A DNA stretch of 64,000 nucleotides from Flavobacteriaceae bacterium (GCA_045046905.1 JASFYU010000036.1:187-64186); one strand, 5' to 3'; counted from the first letter of the stretch, positions 26,994-38,332 are shown. Translations and numbers: made by a program. The notes: generated by a model from the sequence alone, not told the origin.

Positions 26994-29900
26994 CTAATTT
27001 CCGAAATTATAGCGCAGGGTAAAACCCGTATTAATTGTGGTCTGCGGAAAGGCCGTAGAGATTGCAAACTGAGAGAATGAATGGTCATAAAAGAACAATG
27101 CATTCAAGTTTTTGCTCAGGGCATAATCAGCCGTGAACTTTATAGATAACAGGTTCTGACCTGAAGTAATTTGGTTGTTATCTATATCTAGATTTCGAAT
27201 AATCGTAATATTATCACGAAGGGTCACATCGGCCTTTAGATTCAAATCTCCTTTTAAGCGTGTTTTATTACCTCCGATATTAGTCACGAATTTTACGTCC
27301 TTGAACCGATACCCCAAGCCGACCGTATATTCTTTACCATTCATTTCGGTCATCAAATTATTATCAAAACTCATAGAAAAAATACGTTCTTTCCTGATTT
27401 CGGCCAGAACGCTTATCGAGTTTTTCATTTCAAAATCCACCCTCATCAACGGATTAAACTGATCATTCAGCACTACATTATTTAGAATAAGTTCAGGTAA
27501 AAAATCACCCGTTTCAGTATCAATAGGAATATTGCCCTCATTGATCAATTGGGTACGGGCCAAATTAGTCTGAAAAGAATTGATACTATATGAAGACCTA
27601 TACCCATGGCTCAAAGAAAATCGCTTGAATTTCTTCTTAAACCATTTATTACGCATCAAGCCCGTATATTTTATATTCCAATTGGGTATGGGTATACCTC
27701 TAAAGGCATCTAAATTTACGCCATCTACACCTTGGCCGGTATAGGCGGCAAAGAATGCAGGCAACAATACGTCTTGTTGCGTTTTACCGTATCGCTCAGG
27801 AAACCCATCGGCATCTAAAGTACCCGGATTCTCACCCCTATCGGCTACCAAACGATTGGCGATGGCAATTCTGTTCTCCTTGAATTTTTCAAAAACTTCT
27901 GAACTGAATTCATCACTCTTTTTAAAGGCGGTACCGATCATCATGGTTGATATACTAAAATTACCATAGTCATTACCCAATAGATTTTCATATTCAAATC
28001 GGCCGCCTCCGAGATCGTTTATTTGAAAGCTTTCTTGATAGCTGTTCGAATATTGTCTGTCGGCCGAAAGATCTATGGTCAAGCCTCTCATTGGCTGAAC
28101 CGTAGCTGTAATGTTCAGCTGCTTATTGGTATGTTCTATAAACTGCTCATTGAACTCAGAAAAATTTGTCAACCACCCATTACGTGCTGCTTCAAAACGC
28201 ACATCGGACTGACTCCCAAATACAAACCCTAGCGATGGCCTAGTCGTACCCACAAATCCGATAGATTGTGTATACCCTGGAAGCACTCTTCCGCTGTTTT
28301 CGTTATAATTTATGTTCACCCTTTTTACCATGGTCACGATATCTATGACCGTATTAAATAGACCGCTGGTCTTCTTTTCAGGCTTCTCTTTCTTTGTTGA
28401 CGGATTTCCTGCCTTGTCTCTTCTAACCGCCGCGGTCCTAGCCGTAGTTTTTCCACTTTTTTTCTTAAGGCCAATCAAATCATACAATTTTTGCATTGTT
28501 AAGGAGGCCGTAATATTATGTGTATTAGCGTTCTGTACGGTATTAATCGCCTCTCCTGCAACCTCCTCTAGTGCATCACCGCCACGTTGCCAATCGAAAT
28601 TACTGGTATAGCTATACTGAGCGTTAATAAAATCTAGGGCAGGTATTTTATTAAACGGAAGCTCATAGTTCAACTTCATCTCCTGTGAATGTCTATTAGG
28701 TTCTCCTATGTCCCAGAAGCCATCCCAAAGACCAAGGGTCTTATCAATATCGGAATCGGGGTCTCCTTCTTCCTCAAAATAATTGCGAACAATATTGTTG
28801 TTTGATGCTGTCAAAGTCAAGCGCAATGATTTTGTTAAACTATAATTTACCGCATACTGCCAATTAAAAAGATAGTTTCGCTGTTGCAAAGAGGGCAGTT
28901 CTAGGCGATCAACACCTTCTTCACGAACATCTCGAAATCGCTGTTGGTTGAACTGCCTATTGATATTTGAATTCACAGATACACTTGCGGGCAATAGATT
29001 AATATTCAAATCTTTGAGCCATTGCCAATACTTGCCTGTAAAAAGAGAATCTTTTTTAGCAAAAGGGGCTAGTTCAACGGGCTCAAAGTTATGATTATAC
29101 ACAAAACCTGTAACTACATTTTGATCTCTTAGATTGGCAATTTCAAAATCTCTATGATCTACTTCATTGTACGAATAATTGAAGGTAAAATTCTCTATAT
29201 CATAGAAATTGGCATCGGCATCTTCACCACGATCTTTTCGGACCCCTATCAAGTTGATACTGGTTCTTCTGGTATAATCCTCGGCCTGTTCCTTAATTTC
29301 ATCAGCGGCAGCCTGGTCTGGTGCGGAGTTAATTAGATCATCTAACTTTAAATCATCATATACTGGGTCAAACTCAGGTGTGATCAATTGTTCTGAAATT
29401 CCATAATTAAAAGGCAACTGAATGCCCCATTTTTTTGGAAATAATTGACCTATATTTAGGTTGGTGACTACATCATACGAAATTGCATCTTCACGGGCAC
29501 GCTCATTGGGCATTTGATCCAGAGTACCAAAACCTGAGGTACTCATGCTTCCGGTTGCCGAGATATTGGCAAAGTCGGCAATATTGGCATCTAGTGCTGC
29601 AACGGCCGCCCATCCTCCATTATTGTCTAATCCTGCCAAACGCAGTTCATTGAACCATACCTCTCCTCGCGCAGGAAAATTATCAACATTCTTTACACCT
29701 ACCATCATACTTCGAATACTCCCCAAAGATGGATTTCCTTTAATCCCTATCCGCATTCTACCGGGAGTATGCGGCGAAAATTCAGCAACGGGAACAATCT
29801 CACCGTTTTCAACTTCGAAGAACTGAAGCTCATTCAATGGAGTAACGATCCTATTATTGATACGTACTGATTTTACCTTGTTCAAATCACTCAGGAGGAT

Positions 29901-32900
29901 GTCCATTTGGTTGACATCGGGCCAGATTTCACTTTCTGACGAAGCATTGAAAGGTGTGAATTGCAAAGGCAGTTCAATCTGATAAAAATTCTGTGAGAAA
30001 TCAGTACCCATTCTTAAAAACCCGACCAAGGGCGTCGCGTCATCAGAATAGTCGCTATCGACAATTTTCTCGGCATGCATGAACATCTTCAATTTCTTGT
30101 ACTGTCGAATATCGATATTCAGGTTTTTGAACACTCCCCGTGCATCTTGAGACTCCAAGTTCTCGACCACAAAGGACAACGATTGCTCATTTTGACGTAT
30201 GATTGTATTATTATTGTTCAACCGCTCTCTGATTACCCCTGGAGGTAATACGTACGGAATAGGTGTTCGCGTATTATTCTCTTCGATGTTTACCGTATTT
30301 ACGTCGACAATGGTACCATCGTCAGAAGGGTCATTGTCGATATTATCATCTTGCAATGTTCGCGTATAGGTACGCCAATCGCCACGCACTAGATCCAAGG
30401 TCGCAAAACGCAATACTACATCACTGCTAAAACCGGTAAGGTACATTCGCATAAAGCTAACGGACCTAAAATCGTTGATTCCTCCTACGGCATCGCTAAA
30501 ATCACTTAAGGGTATCTTATACTGGATCCACCTACGATTCAATTGAGAACCATCGGGCAGGTCTGGCGTTACCCCATCTTTTATATCGGTGACATACTTA
30601 TCATTGATGGTCGTATTCGGCTGTATATCAATACGGTATTCGTAATAGCTGTTTACCGTGTTCATGGTAAGGTCGCGATCTATATCCTCTACATCAGGCA
30701 ATGTGGTAGACCCACGATTTGTATTGGTCACCTCTACGGGAGAATTGCCTTCGGAATTATTAAAGTCCAAATAGCGCTCCAAAACCCCACCTTCACGGTT
30801 TAGGTAATATTGGTAATTGTCTAAGGCCGGGTCATCACCGGTATTGTTCGTATAAACAGAAGCTTCATCGGCATCATTCAGGCCATCAAGACCAATATCT
30901 TGTAATCCCCTATTGGCCTTATTGGCATCAAAGGCATATACCAAAGCCTGGGTAGCAGGCACCTCACCCCATGAGGTCAGTGCCACCAAGTCATTACTTT
31001 GTTCTCCTGGCAGTCCATTTTCATACTGCTTTCTGCCATCCTTTAAAACATCTTCAGATATATTCCCCAGGTTCAATACTAACTCACCCGGTCCAGTAGC
31101 TATACCATCAACATAGGGGTCTAGAACCCAGAATTGAACAAATTCTACATTGGATTGCTCAAAATCGGTACTACTCAAGGAACGCATAATACCTGCCCAT
31201 TTTTCACTGGGTTGTTCTCCGGTAAAATTGGGATTGTTATTATAAGGCCCTTTTTCATTGGGGTAATACGCCAGATCCAAAGTGCCCTGCACGGTAGTCT
31301 GCCCTTGGGCAATATCGACTTGTGGAAAAACCTCATCGATAAAAATTCGTCGTGTAGCGTTTGTCGAGATATCGCTATCACTAATACCCGATGGCCGTTG
31401 GTTGGTAAAAAAGATTGGATCTATAGTATACCATGCCATTTTCGCCCTACCATACCCATTTTCCAAATTTGCGGGGTCATCAGGAGAACCTCCTGACAAT
31501 TGCCCTCCGGGAACAAATTCTAAGGGTGTACTCGCCATGGTCCAGCCCAAGGACGAACGAATATCTATTAATGCCTGCGCACCTTCAAAATCATCTAAAT
31601 AGGTCGTAGTCTCGCCTTGAAAATCGGCATTCTTGGGTGAATTGGGTTTTAACCATGCGATTTCGGCCCTTAGCGACAAATTAGAAGGCACATCGGTGTC
31701 GATATTCGGTAGCTTGTTGACCATTCGAGTCAAAAATGGAATCTCTGTAGAGAAATTTCCATTGACACCAAAAATGGTATTGTTCACAGGTTCAACCCCA
31801 TAATTTGATTTTTGGGTCAAAGGGCGCTCATTCAAGTTTATTAAGGTAGCCCCCATTACAAAGTTCTTATTGAACTGATGCTCTATATTTATTCCTGTAA
31901 AGCGTCGGGTTTGTTGCCCGAAAACAGCATTGTTTTCAACCGATATGTTTATGGGTACGTTCGAAGCTTCTAAACTAGGATCTAAAATCTGTACGGTTCC
32001 TGCTTGATAGTTTACGGTATAATCTATACCTTCTTGAAGCTGTCGACCTCCAGCGGTAACACGAACAGAGCCACGTGGCACATTAAAGGCACCTATGGGA
32101 ATACCATTGCTAGCTTCCGATTTGTAACGCCCCTTTAAAAGAAACCTATTCTTTTCAGCCTCTTCTCTAGAATCTGCTTTGGTGGAAGCATATAAATTTC
32201 TAAAGACATATTTCTTTTGGTTTTCATTATACCCCTGATCATTACTAACATCGTAAGTACCCCCGCCCATTTCTTCGAACAGATATTCTCCAAAAGGTTC
32301 AACTTTCGTGAAAATTATTCGTCCTCCTTGGATATCAATGGTTATGCCTGGCACAAAATCAAAGAAACCGTCACCACCACGCTGTACATCATTATAGGCA
32401 TTCAAACGATCTAGATTAAAGATATCTAAGAGTATACGTTCCTGATAGCCATCTGGCCATCCTGAACCAAGACCTTCCTCGACCGGCGTGATATAGTTTC
32501 TTGGGGTGGGGTCAGAGTAAAGAATATTCAACTTAAAGTCTTCCTGACTCAGCCTAAAGGCTCCTGTCGCATAAATATTCTTCATCATCAGATCCCAAAT
32601 CGGATCTGAAACACTGGTGATATTACTCTTTAGGAGCTTTAATATTAATGTGTTATTGTTTATTATCGGATTTATACCTCCTGATACCGTTGTAGCATCT
32701 AAGCTTCCATTGGCAAATTCACCTACCTGATACACCTCACCGTTATATGTATATTGATAAGCTACACCCAAGACCTCATCATTGCTCAAGCGTTGGTTTA
32801 GTGAAATATACCCCAATTGGGCATTGAAATCGAAATCTCTTGTTTGATCTAATTTTCGAGCATTCTCCAATATGGCATAATCAAAGCCTTGGTTAACTTG

Positions 32901-34190
32901 ATACCCTGGCACATTAAAACCGGCCTGTACCGTGGCAATATCTCTGACGCTCGACGTCAATGCTCCTGTACCTATCAAGGCGGGGTCATAGTCATTGGCA
33001 CTGTTTCTGGGTAAATTGTTGTTGGGCCCGGTTGAAAGATTGAAAAAGCCAACTGGGTCACCGTTCGCTTGCCCTATTCTTGTGTTTTCTTGATTAAACT
33101 CTCCTAAATCCTGTATAGCGACTATATTACGAACATTTAAGGTCTGCTGACTTCGATTGGTCACCCATACTTCTAAACGGGTAATCTGCACCTGACTTCT
33201 AATATATGGGTAGTTTTCCAAGGCCGCATTATAACTATCTCTAAAAAAATGGGAGAGAAAAAAATGCTTGTCTTCATCATAATCCAAGGCGGTAAGTGAA
33301 AATTCATTCAGGGTACCTCCTCCTTGTGCCACTACGGTGTTATTTTGTGAACGCTGCTCCGAAAAAACCGCCGTGACGCTGGTCTTACCAAACTGTAATT
33401 TTGTCTTGACCCCGAACAAACTCTGCGCACCTGTAATCAAGGAGCTGTTTAGGGGCATATTCACATTACCTACTTCAATTGATTGGAGGATATCATCCTC
33501 TGTAGGCGTATATTCAAGTTTTACAATATTCTGAAAATCAAAAGTAGCCTCGGTATCATAATTGGCAGTCACCTGTAACCGCTCCCCTACTTTGCCTAAC
33601 ATACTCAAACTAATACGTTGATCAAAGTCAAAAGACAGGTTGGTACGGTTTCTAGGCGAAAGTGATGGGTTATCATTCTTTTGCCAAATAACACCCAGAT
33701 CCATCGCTACCGAACCTTGCGGTATCACCTCAATGGTATTTCCTCCAAAAACAGATTGAAAAAAGTTGTTGTTGACATAAAAATTAGGCAGAAGATTTCT
33801 TCGCGCAGCTTCGCTTCCTTCCTTTTTTCCGGAATAAGCATCTGATTTCTCTTTGAAATAGTCCTTTATCCCCTCTTCTCTTACCAACTTTAGATATTGT
33901 TCTGAAGAAAGTATAATGGGGTATCCGATATTAAAACCTCCAATACTCTCATTATAGATATAACTATCAAGTTTTGGATCGTAAATGTATTTGGAAACAA
34001 TGCTTTTGGGATTCTGAAATACCAATTTCCCCAGTGAGAAACCTGTTTTAACAGAATCTACCTCCTGCACGTTCGTCTCCTCGGCTTCAATTTCTTGGGC
34101 GACGGAAATTCCGCTTGCCATAAAGAAAATAAAGAATAGGAATACAAGCTTAAATGGTGATTTAAGAAATTGTTTTGCCCCTTTTTTCAA
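26994..34190 (-). CDS. sprA: SprA, the giant outer-membrane translocon of the type IX secretion / gliding system
   Basis: 2398 aa with a signal peptide and beta-rich composition throughout. The size and sequence style match flavobacterial SprA (Sov). Confidence 0.9.
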   Translation of the reverse strand: MKKGAKQFLKSPFKLVFLFFIFFMASGISVAQEIEAEETNVQEVDSVKTGFSLGKLVFQNPKSIVSKYIYDPKLDSYIYNESIGGFNIGYPIILSSEQYLKLVREEGIKDYFKEKSDAYSGKKEGSEAARRNLLPNFYVNNNFFQSVFGGNTIEVIPQGSVAMDLGVIWQKNDNPSLSPRNRTNLSFDFDQRISLSMLGKVGERLQVTANYDTEATFDFQNIVKLEYTPTEDDILQSIEVGNVNMPLNSSLITGAQSLFGVKTKLQFGKTSVTAVFSEQRSQNNTVVAQGGGTLNEFSLTALDYDEDKHFFLSHFFRDSYNAALENYPYIRSQVQITRLEVWVTNRSQQTLNVRNIVAIQDLGEFNQENTRIGQANGDPVGFFNLSTGPNNNLPRNSANDYDPALIGTGALTSSVRDIATVQAGFNVPGYQVNQGFDYAILENARKLDQTRDFDFNAQLGYISLNQRLSNDEVLGVAYQYTYNGEVYQVGEFANGSLDATTVSGGINPIINNNTLILKLLKSNITSVSDPIWDLMMKNIYATGAFRLSQEDFKLNILYSDPTPRNYITPVEEGLGSGWPDGYQERILLDIFNLDRLNAYNDVQRGGDGFFDFVPGITIDIQGGRIIFTKVEPFGEYLFEEMGGGTYDVSNDQGYNENQKKYVFRNLYASTKADSREEAEKNRFLLKGRYKSEASNGIPIGAFNVPRGSVRVTAGGRQLQEGIDYTVNYQAGTVQILDPSLEASNVPINISVENNAVFGQQTRRFTGINIEHQFNKNFVMGATLINLNERPLTQKSNYGVEPVNNTIFGVNGNFSTEIPFLTRMVNKLPNIDTDVPSNLSLRAEIAWLKPNSPKNADFQGETTTYLDDFEGAQALIDIRSSLGWTMASTPLEFVPGGQLSGGSPDDPANLENGYGRAKMAWYTIDPIFFTNQRPSGISDSDISTNATRRIFIDEVFPQVDIAQGQTTVQGTLDLAYYPNEKGPYNNNPNFTGEQPSEKWAGIMRSLSSTDFEQSNVEFVQFWVLDPYVDGIATGPGELVLNLGNISEDVLKDGRKQYENGLPGEQSNDLVALTSWGEVPATQALVYAFDANKANRGLQDIGLDGLNDADEASVYTNNTGDDPALDNYQYYLNREGGVLERYLDFNNSEGNSPVEVTNTNRGSTTLPDVEDIDRDLTMNTVNSYYEYRIDIQPNTTINDKYVTDIKDGVTPDLPDGSQLNRRWIQYKIPLSDFSDAVGGINDFRSVSFMRMYLTGFSSDVVLRFATLDLVRGDWRTYTRTLQDDNIDNDPSDDGTIVDVNTVNIEENNTRTPIPYVLPPGVIRERLNNNNTIIRQNEQSLSFVVENLESQDARGVFKNLNIDIRQYKKLKMFMHAEKIVDSDYSDDATPLVGFLRMGTDFSQNFYQIELPLQFTPFNASSESEIWPDVNQMDILLSDLNKVKSVRINNRIVTPLNELQFFEVENGEIVPVAEFSPHTPGRMRIGIKGNPSLGSIRSMMVGVKNVDNFPARGEVWFNELRLAGLDNNGGWAAVAALDANIADFANISATGSMSTSGFGTLDQMPNERAREDAISYDVVTNLNIGQLFPKKWGIQLPFNYGISEQLITPEFDPVYDDLKLDDLINSAPDQAAADEIKEQAEDYTRRTSINLIGVRKDRGEDADANFYDIENFTFNYSYNEVDHRDFEIANLRDQNVVTGFVYNHNFEPVELAPFAKKDSLFTGKYWQWLKDLNINLLPASVSVNSNINRQFNQQRFRDVREEGVDRLELPSLQQRNYLFNWQYAVNYSLTKSLRLTLTASNNNIVRNYFEEEGDPDSDIDKTLGLWDGFWDIGEPNRHSQEMKLNYELPFNKIPALDFINAQYSYTSNFDWQRGGDALEEVAGEAINTVQNANTHNITASLTMQKLYDLIGLKKKSGKTTARTAAVRRDKAGNPSTKKEKPEKKTSGLFNTVIDIVTMVKRVNINYNENSGRVLPGYTQSIGFVGTTRPSLGFVFGSQSDVRFEAARNGWLTNFSEFNEQFIEHTNKQLNITATVQPMRGLTIDLSADRQYSNSYQESFQINDLGGGRFEYENLLGNDYGNFSISTMMIGTAFKKSDEFSSEVFEKFKENRIAIANRLVADRGENPGTLDADGFPERYGKTQQDVLLPAFFAAYTGQGVDGVNLDAFRGIPIPNWNIKYTGLMRNKWFKKKFKRFSLSHGYRSSYSINSFQTNLARTQLINEGNIPIDTETGDFLPELILNNVVLNDQFNPLMRVDFEMKNSISVLAEIRKERIFSMSFDNNLMTEMNGKEYTVGLGYRFKDVKFVTNIGGNKTRLKGDLNLKADVTLRDNITIIRNLDIDNNQITSGQNLLSIKFTADYALSKNLNALFFYDHSFSQFAISTAFPQTTINTGFTLRYNFGN

Positions 34191-34195
34191 ACTTA

Positions 34196-34777
34196 TTACA
34201 AATTTTTAAGCGCGAGTTTAATAATGTTCTCTGTGCTAAGCGATGAATCTTGGCTCAATACCTTGTCTACGGCCTTTTCAGCCTGTCTTCGGACAAATCC
34301 AAGAACCTCTAAAGCAGATAACGCTTCATCTTTATTTGTATTGTTTGAAAAGTGGGAAACTTCTTCAATACTATATATTTTTAAAACCTTGTCTTTTAGG
34401 TCTAAAATTACTCTTTGTGCCGTCTTGACACCTATGCCTTTTATTGCCTGAATTGAAGGTGCATCTCCGCCGGCAATGGCATCTCTAATTTGGGCAGGCG
34501 ACATTGAAGACAACATAGTCCTCGCCGTACTTGAACCTATTCCTGAAACCGATAGTAACAAACGAAATATTTCACGTTCAGATTTTTCTGAAAACCCAAA
34601 AAGTGTATGTGAATCCTCCTTTATCTGTACATGGGTAAATAAACTAATATTCTCGGCATCCGCTATTTTTGAAAACGTATGCAAGGAGATATTTACAAAA
34701 TAACCTACCCCGCCACATTCAATAATCACATGGGTAGGATTCTTTTCAATCAATTTGCCTTTGAGGTGGTGGATCAT
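34196..34777 (-). CDS. ruvA: Holliday junction branch-migration complex subunit RuvA
   Basis: 193 aa. It has the N-terminus MIHHLKGKL...GGVGY, HhH motifs (VSGIGSSTA, IKGIGVKTAQR), and a C-terminal domain III. Its stop is 5 nt from the sprA start. Confidence 0.95.
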   Translation of the reverse strand: MIHHLKGKLIEKNPTHVIIECGGVGYFVNISLHTFSKIADAENISLFTHVQIKEDSHTLFGFSEKSEREIFRLLLSVSGIGSSTARTMLSSMSPAQIRDAIAGGDAPSIQAIKGIGVKTAQRVILDLKDKVLKIYSIEEVSHFSNNTNKDEALSALEVLGFVRRQAEKAVDKVLSQDSSLSTENIIKLALKNL

Positions 34778-34792
34778 GATTCAGGTTAATAA

Positions 34793-34820
34793 TTAGTGGT
34801 TAGTGGTTAGTGGTTCGTGA
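34793..34820. repeat. Heptamer tandem repeat TTAGTGG x3 plus one degenerate copy
   Basis: Read directly at 34793-34813, followed by TTCGTGA. It sits in the 61-bp gap between the maeB stop and the ruvA start. Confidence 0.85.
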
Positions 34821-34838
34821 GATAAAAAACAAAATATC

Positions 34839-37136
34839 TTATGACCTACCTGCTTTCGCATTTTTACGTTTCTCTCTTTCTTGGGCATCGATTACGGCAA
34901 CTGCCGTCATATTCACCATCTCATCTACACTCGCCCCTAACTGTAAAATGTGTACCGACTTTCGCAGCCCCACCATAATAGGACCTATACTATCGGCCTT
35001 ATTTAGTTCTTTCAATAATTTATAGGTGATATTAGCGGATTCCAAATTGGGAAAAATCAAGGTATTTACTTTTTTGCCCGCCAATTTTGAAAAAGGGAAT
35101 TTTCCTTGTCTCAATTCTTGGTTCAAGGCAAAATCGGTCTGAATTTCCCCATCAACAATCAAACTAGGGTTCGTATCATGCAAAATCTTAACTGCCTGTC
35201 TTACCTTGGTTGCCTTAGGGTGTGTCGATGACCCAAAATTGGCATAGGACAATAGGGCAATCACCGGATTAAAACCAAAGGTAGTGGCTACATTCGCCGT
35301 CATTTGCGTGATTTCTGCAAGCTCCTCGGCATTGGGCTCAATATTTATTGAGGTGTCTGCCAAAATCATAGGCCCCCTACGGGTAGCCATAATGTGTACC
35401 GTTGATACTTTTTTAACGCCAAACGCTCTTCCGATGACTTCAAAAATAGGTTTAATCACCGTTGGGTAAGCCCTTGAATATCCTGAAATCATTCCATCAG
35501 CATCTCCTTCCAATACCATCATGGCAGCATAATAAGTACGTTCTCTCATTTTTTGTCGAGCGCCGAATAAACTCACCCCACTTCTTTGTCTATTGACAAA
35601 ATATTTCATTGCATACTGCTCTCTTTTTTCGTTTGCCTCATCAGCATGAGAGTCAATAACCAAAAGATTGGCATCAAACTCCAATTCTTTCTTTAATTCT
35701 GAAATAATATCTTTTTTTCCCAATAAAATCGGGATGGCAATACCTTCATCATACGCTATTTGAGCTGCTTTCAACACATCTAAATGATCCGCTTCGGCGA
35801 AGACGATCTTTTTCGGATTTATTTTGGCTCTGTCATGCAGCAAGCGTACAATCTTATTATCGTTTCCGGAGCGTTGCAACAACTCCTCTCTATAGCCGCC
35901 CCAATCCTCAATAGGTAATTTGGCAACGCCACTTTCCATTGCCGCTTTTGCAACGGCAGGTGGGATCTCGGTGATTAATCTTGGGTCAAAAGGTTTGGGA
36001 ATAATATAATCTTTGCCAAATGCCAGCCTTGTTTTACCATAGGCGATGTTTACCTGTTCAGGCACATTCTCCTTAGTGAGCTTTGCCAATGCACGAACAG
36101 CGGCCATTTTCATTTCCTCATTTATTTTCGTGGCACGCACATCCAATGCTCCTCTAAATATAAAAGGAAAACCCAAAACATTATTTACTTGGTTAGGATG
36201 GTCGGATCGGCCCGTGGCCATAATAATGTCCTTTCTTGTTTTTATGGCCAAATCATATTTAATCTCTGGATCTGGATTAGCCATAGCAAAAACAATAGGG
36301 TTTTCTGCCATGGAAAGCAACATTTTAGGGGTGACGATATCTGCTATGGAAAGCCCCACAAAAACATCTGCATTTACCATTGCTTCATCAAGTGTATCAA
36401 TCTTTCGGTCGCTTGCAAACTCAGCTTTTTCTTTACTAAGGTTTTCCCTGTCTTTTCTAATGACCCCTTTACTGTCTAACATGACAATATTGCCAGCACT
36501 AGCACCAAAGGCCTTGTACAACCTGCTGCAGGATATGGCCGCTGCACCAGCACCACTGATCACAATCTTGACCTTGTGCAATTTTTTACCTGCAATCTCC
36601 ACTGCATTTAAAAGTGCTGCAGCAGATATTATAGCCGTACCATGCTGATCATCATGCATTACAGGAATATCGAGTTCCGCTTTCAACCTGCGTTCTATCT
36701 CGAAAGCTTCAGGTGCTTTAATATCTTCCAAATTGATACCGCCAAAAGTTGGGGCTATCATCTTCACAGTCTCCACGAATTTATCAACATCTTCGGTATC
36801 CACCTCTATATCCATTCCGTCAATATCCGCAAAAATCTTGAAGAGTAGACTCTTTCCTTCCATAACGGGCTTTGAAGCTTCAGGCCCTATGTTTCCAAGG
36901 CCTAAAACTGCGGTGCCGTTCGAAATTATTGCTACCAGATTTCCTTTCGCCGTATACTTATATACATTTTCACGATCCTTTGCTATCTCCAAACACGGTT
37001 CCGCAACTCCAGGGGAATACGCCAATGCCAAATCTCTTTGCGTAGCATACGGTTTTGTAGGTACGATCTTTATTTTCCCCGGTTGAGGTTTGGCATGATA
37101 GACCAATGCCTCACGTCTTAGTTTTTGATTGCTCAT
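34839..37136 (-). CDS. maeB: NADP-dependent malic enzyme with a C-terminal phosphotransacetylase-like domain
   Basis: 765 aa. It has the N-terminal malic enzyme and NAD(P)-binding domains (LALAYSPGVA, ISGAGAAA) followed by a PTA-like C-terminal half. Confidence 0.95.
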   Translation of the reverse strand: MSNQKLRREALVYHAKPQPGKIKIVPTKPYATQRDLALAYSPGVAEPCLEIAKDRENVYKYTAKGNLVAIISNGTAVLGLGNIGPEASKPVMEGKSLLFKIFADIDGMDIEVDTEDVDKFVETVKMIAPTFGGINLEDIKAPEAFEIERRLKAELDIPVMHDDQHGTAIISAAALLNAVEIAGKKLHKVKIVISGAGAAAISCSRLYKAFGASAGNIVMLDSKGVIRKDRENLSKEKAEFASDRKIDTLDEAMVNADVFVGLSIADIVTPKMLLSMAENPIVFAMANPDPEIKYDLAIKTRKDIIMATGRSDHPNQVNNVLGFPFIFRGALDVRATKINEEMKMAAVRALAKLTKENVPEQVNIAYGKTRLAFGKDYIIPKPFDPRLITEIPPAVAKAAMESGVAKLPIEDWGGYREELLQRSGNDNKIVRLLHDRAKINPKKIVFAEADHLDVLKAAQIAYDEGIAIPILLGKKDIISELKKELEFDANLLVIDSHADEANEKREQYAMKYFVNRQRSGVSLFGARQKMRERTYYAAMMVLEGDADGMISGYSRAYPTVIKPIFEVIGRAFGVKKVSTVHIMATRRGPMILADTSINIEPNAEELAEITQMTANVATTFGFNPVIALLSYANFGSSTHPKATKVRQAVKILHDTNPSLIVDGEIQTDFALNQELRQGKFPFSKLAGKKVNTLIFPNLESANITYKLLKELNKADSIGPIMVGLRKSVHILQLGASVDEMVNMTAVAVIDAQEREKRKNAKAGRS

Positions 37137-37152
37137 AAAAAAAATTGAAAAA

Positions 37153-37160
37153 CAAATTTA
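37153..37160 (-). promoter_or_regulatory. Candidate -7 promoter box TAAATTTG for maeB
   Basis: The reverse complement of CAAATTTA is TAAATTTG (a TAnnTTTG match). It lies 17 nt upstream of the ATG at 37136. Confidence 0.45.
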
Positions 37161-37200
37161 ATGGTATTCTTTGGTATCTAAATCACCCAAATGAAATAAT

Positions 37201-38121
37201 CTACTTTAAAAACTTTATGTTTCGTTGCAAACCTGTGAACTTAGTACGTTTTACGGCCGACTTTTGAAATACTTTTTTAAACACATCTTCGGTAATTTCC
37301 TCCCAATCCTTTTTTGTCATAGACAGCAACTCAGGGTTTGGATCAAATAAGGGCTCATTGTGAGCTTTTGAAAAACGGTTCCACGGACAAACATCTTGAC
37401 AAATATCACAACCGAACATCCAATCCTCGAACTTAGCTTGATATTCATTGGGGATTTCATTCTTTAGTTCAATCGTAAAATAGGAAATACATTTACTGCC
37501 GTCTACAATATATGACCCTACAATGGCTTCAGTGGGGCAGGCATCAATACAGGCCGTACAGGTACCACAATGGTCGGTCACTGGCGAATCATATTCGAGT
37601 TCCAAATCTAGAATGAGCTCGGCGATAAAATAGAAGGAGCCCGTTTGTTGGGTGAGCAGATTACTGTGTTTTCCTATCCAACCCAAGCCGCTTTTGGCGG
37701 CCCATGCCTTATCAAGTACCGGAGCGGAATCGACAAAGGCGCGACCATTGACCTCTCCAATCTCTTCGGAAATAAATTCCTGAAGTTGACGTAGTTTCGA
37801 TTTTATGACATGGTGGTAATCTTGCCCGTAAGCATATTTAGACACCTTAAAAGTATTTTCTGTCTGTTGTTCCTCTGGATAGTAATTAAGAAGTAATGAA
37901 ATAACCGATTTGGAACCTTCTACTAGCTTGGTGGGATCCAAACGTTTGTCGAAGTGGTTTTCCATATACCGCATTTCACCATTCATATTTTGGTTGAGCC
38001 ATTTCTCGAGTCTTGGAGCCTCTTCCTCCAAAAACTCGGCTTTAGAAATACCACAAGACAAAAAACCAAGGCGCTTTGCTTCGGTTTTTATATATTGTGT
38101 ATGTTTTTGTTTAATGTTCAT
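37201..38121 (-). CDS. queG: Epoxyqueuosine reductase
   Basis: 306 aa. It has two 4Fe-4S ferredoxin motifs ([23 protein letters not shown]) and the QueG N-terminal domain style. Confidence 0.9.
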   Translation of the reverse strand: MNIKQKHTQYIKTEAKRLGFLSCGISKAEFLEEEAPRLEKWLNQNMNGEMRYMENHFDKRLDPTKLVEGSKSVISLLLNYYPEEQQTENTFKVSKYAYGQDYHHVIKSKLRQLQEFISEEIGEVNGRAFVDSAPVLDKAWAAKSGLGWIGKHSNLLTQQTGSFYFIAELILDLELEYDSPVTDHCGTCTACIDACPTEAIVGSYIVDGSKCISYFTIELKNEIPNEYQAKFEDWMFGCDICQDVCPWNRFSKAHNEPLFDPNPELLSMTKKDWEEITEDVFKKVFQKSAVKRTKFTGLQRNIKFLK

Positions 38122-38332
38122 TTACTTTTTTACCATAACCGTGAACAAGAACAATTTCAGTAGAAATTTTGTTTTAAAGCATGGATTTCTTTTCGACTAA
38201 CAGTTAAACGAAAATACAATTATCTTTCAACCTGAATTTGACCCAGTATCTAATTTAGAGTACGTAAATAAAAAATGAGGTCTGAAATGAAAAATTTAAA
38301 GGAATACCTAGATATTTTAAAAATTCATGCTT

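Noticed and set aside
36046-36648. A 200-aa plus-strand ORF inside maeB. Similar long antisense ORFs lie at 56594-57268 (inside actB), 47387-47896 (inside the acyl-CoA oxidase gene), 8034-8507 (inside nifU) and 31134-31602 (inside sprA).
   Set aside because: Each lies wholly within a well-supported gene on the opposite strand. They have low-complexity or Ser/Leu/Ile-rich composition and no recognisable motifs. They are typical shadow ORFs.
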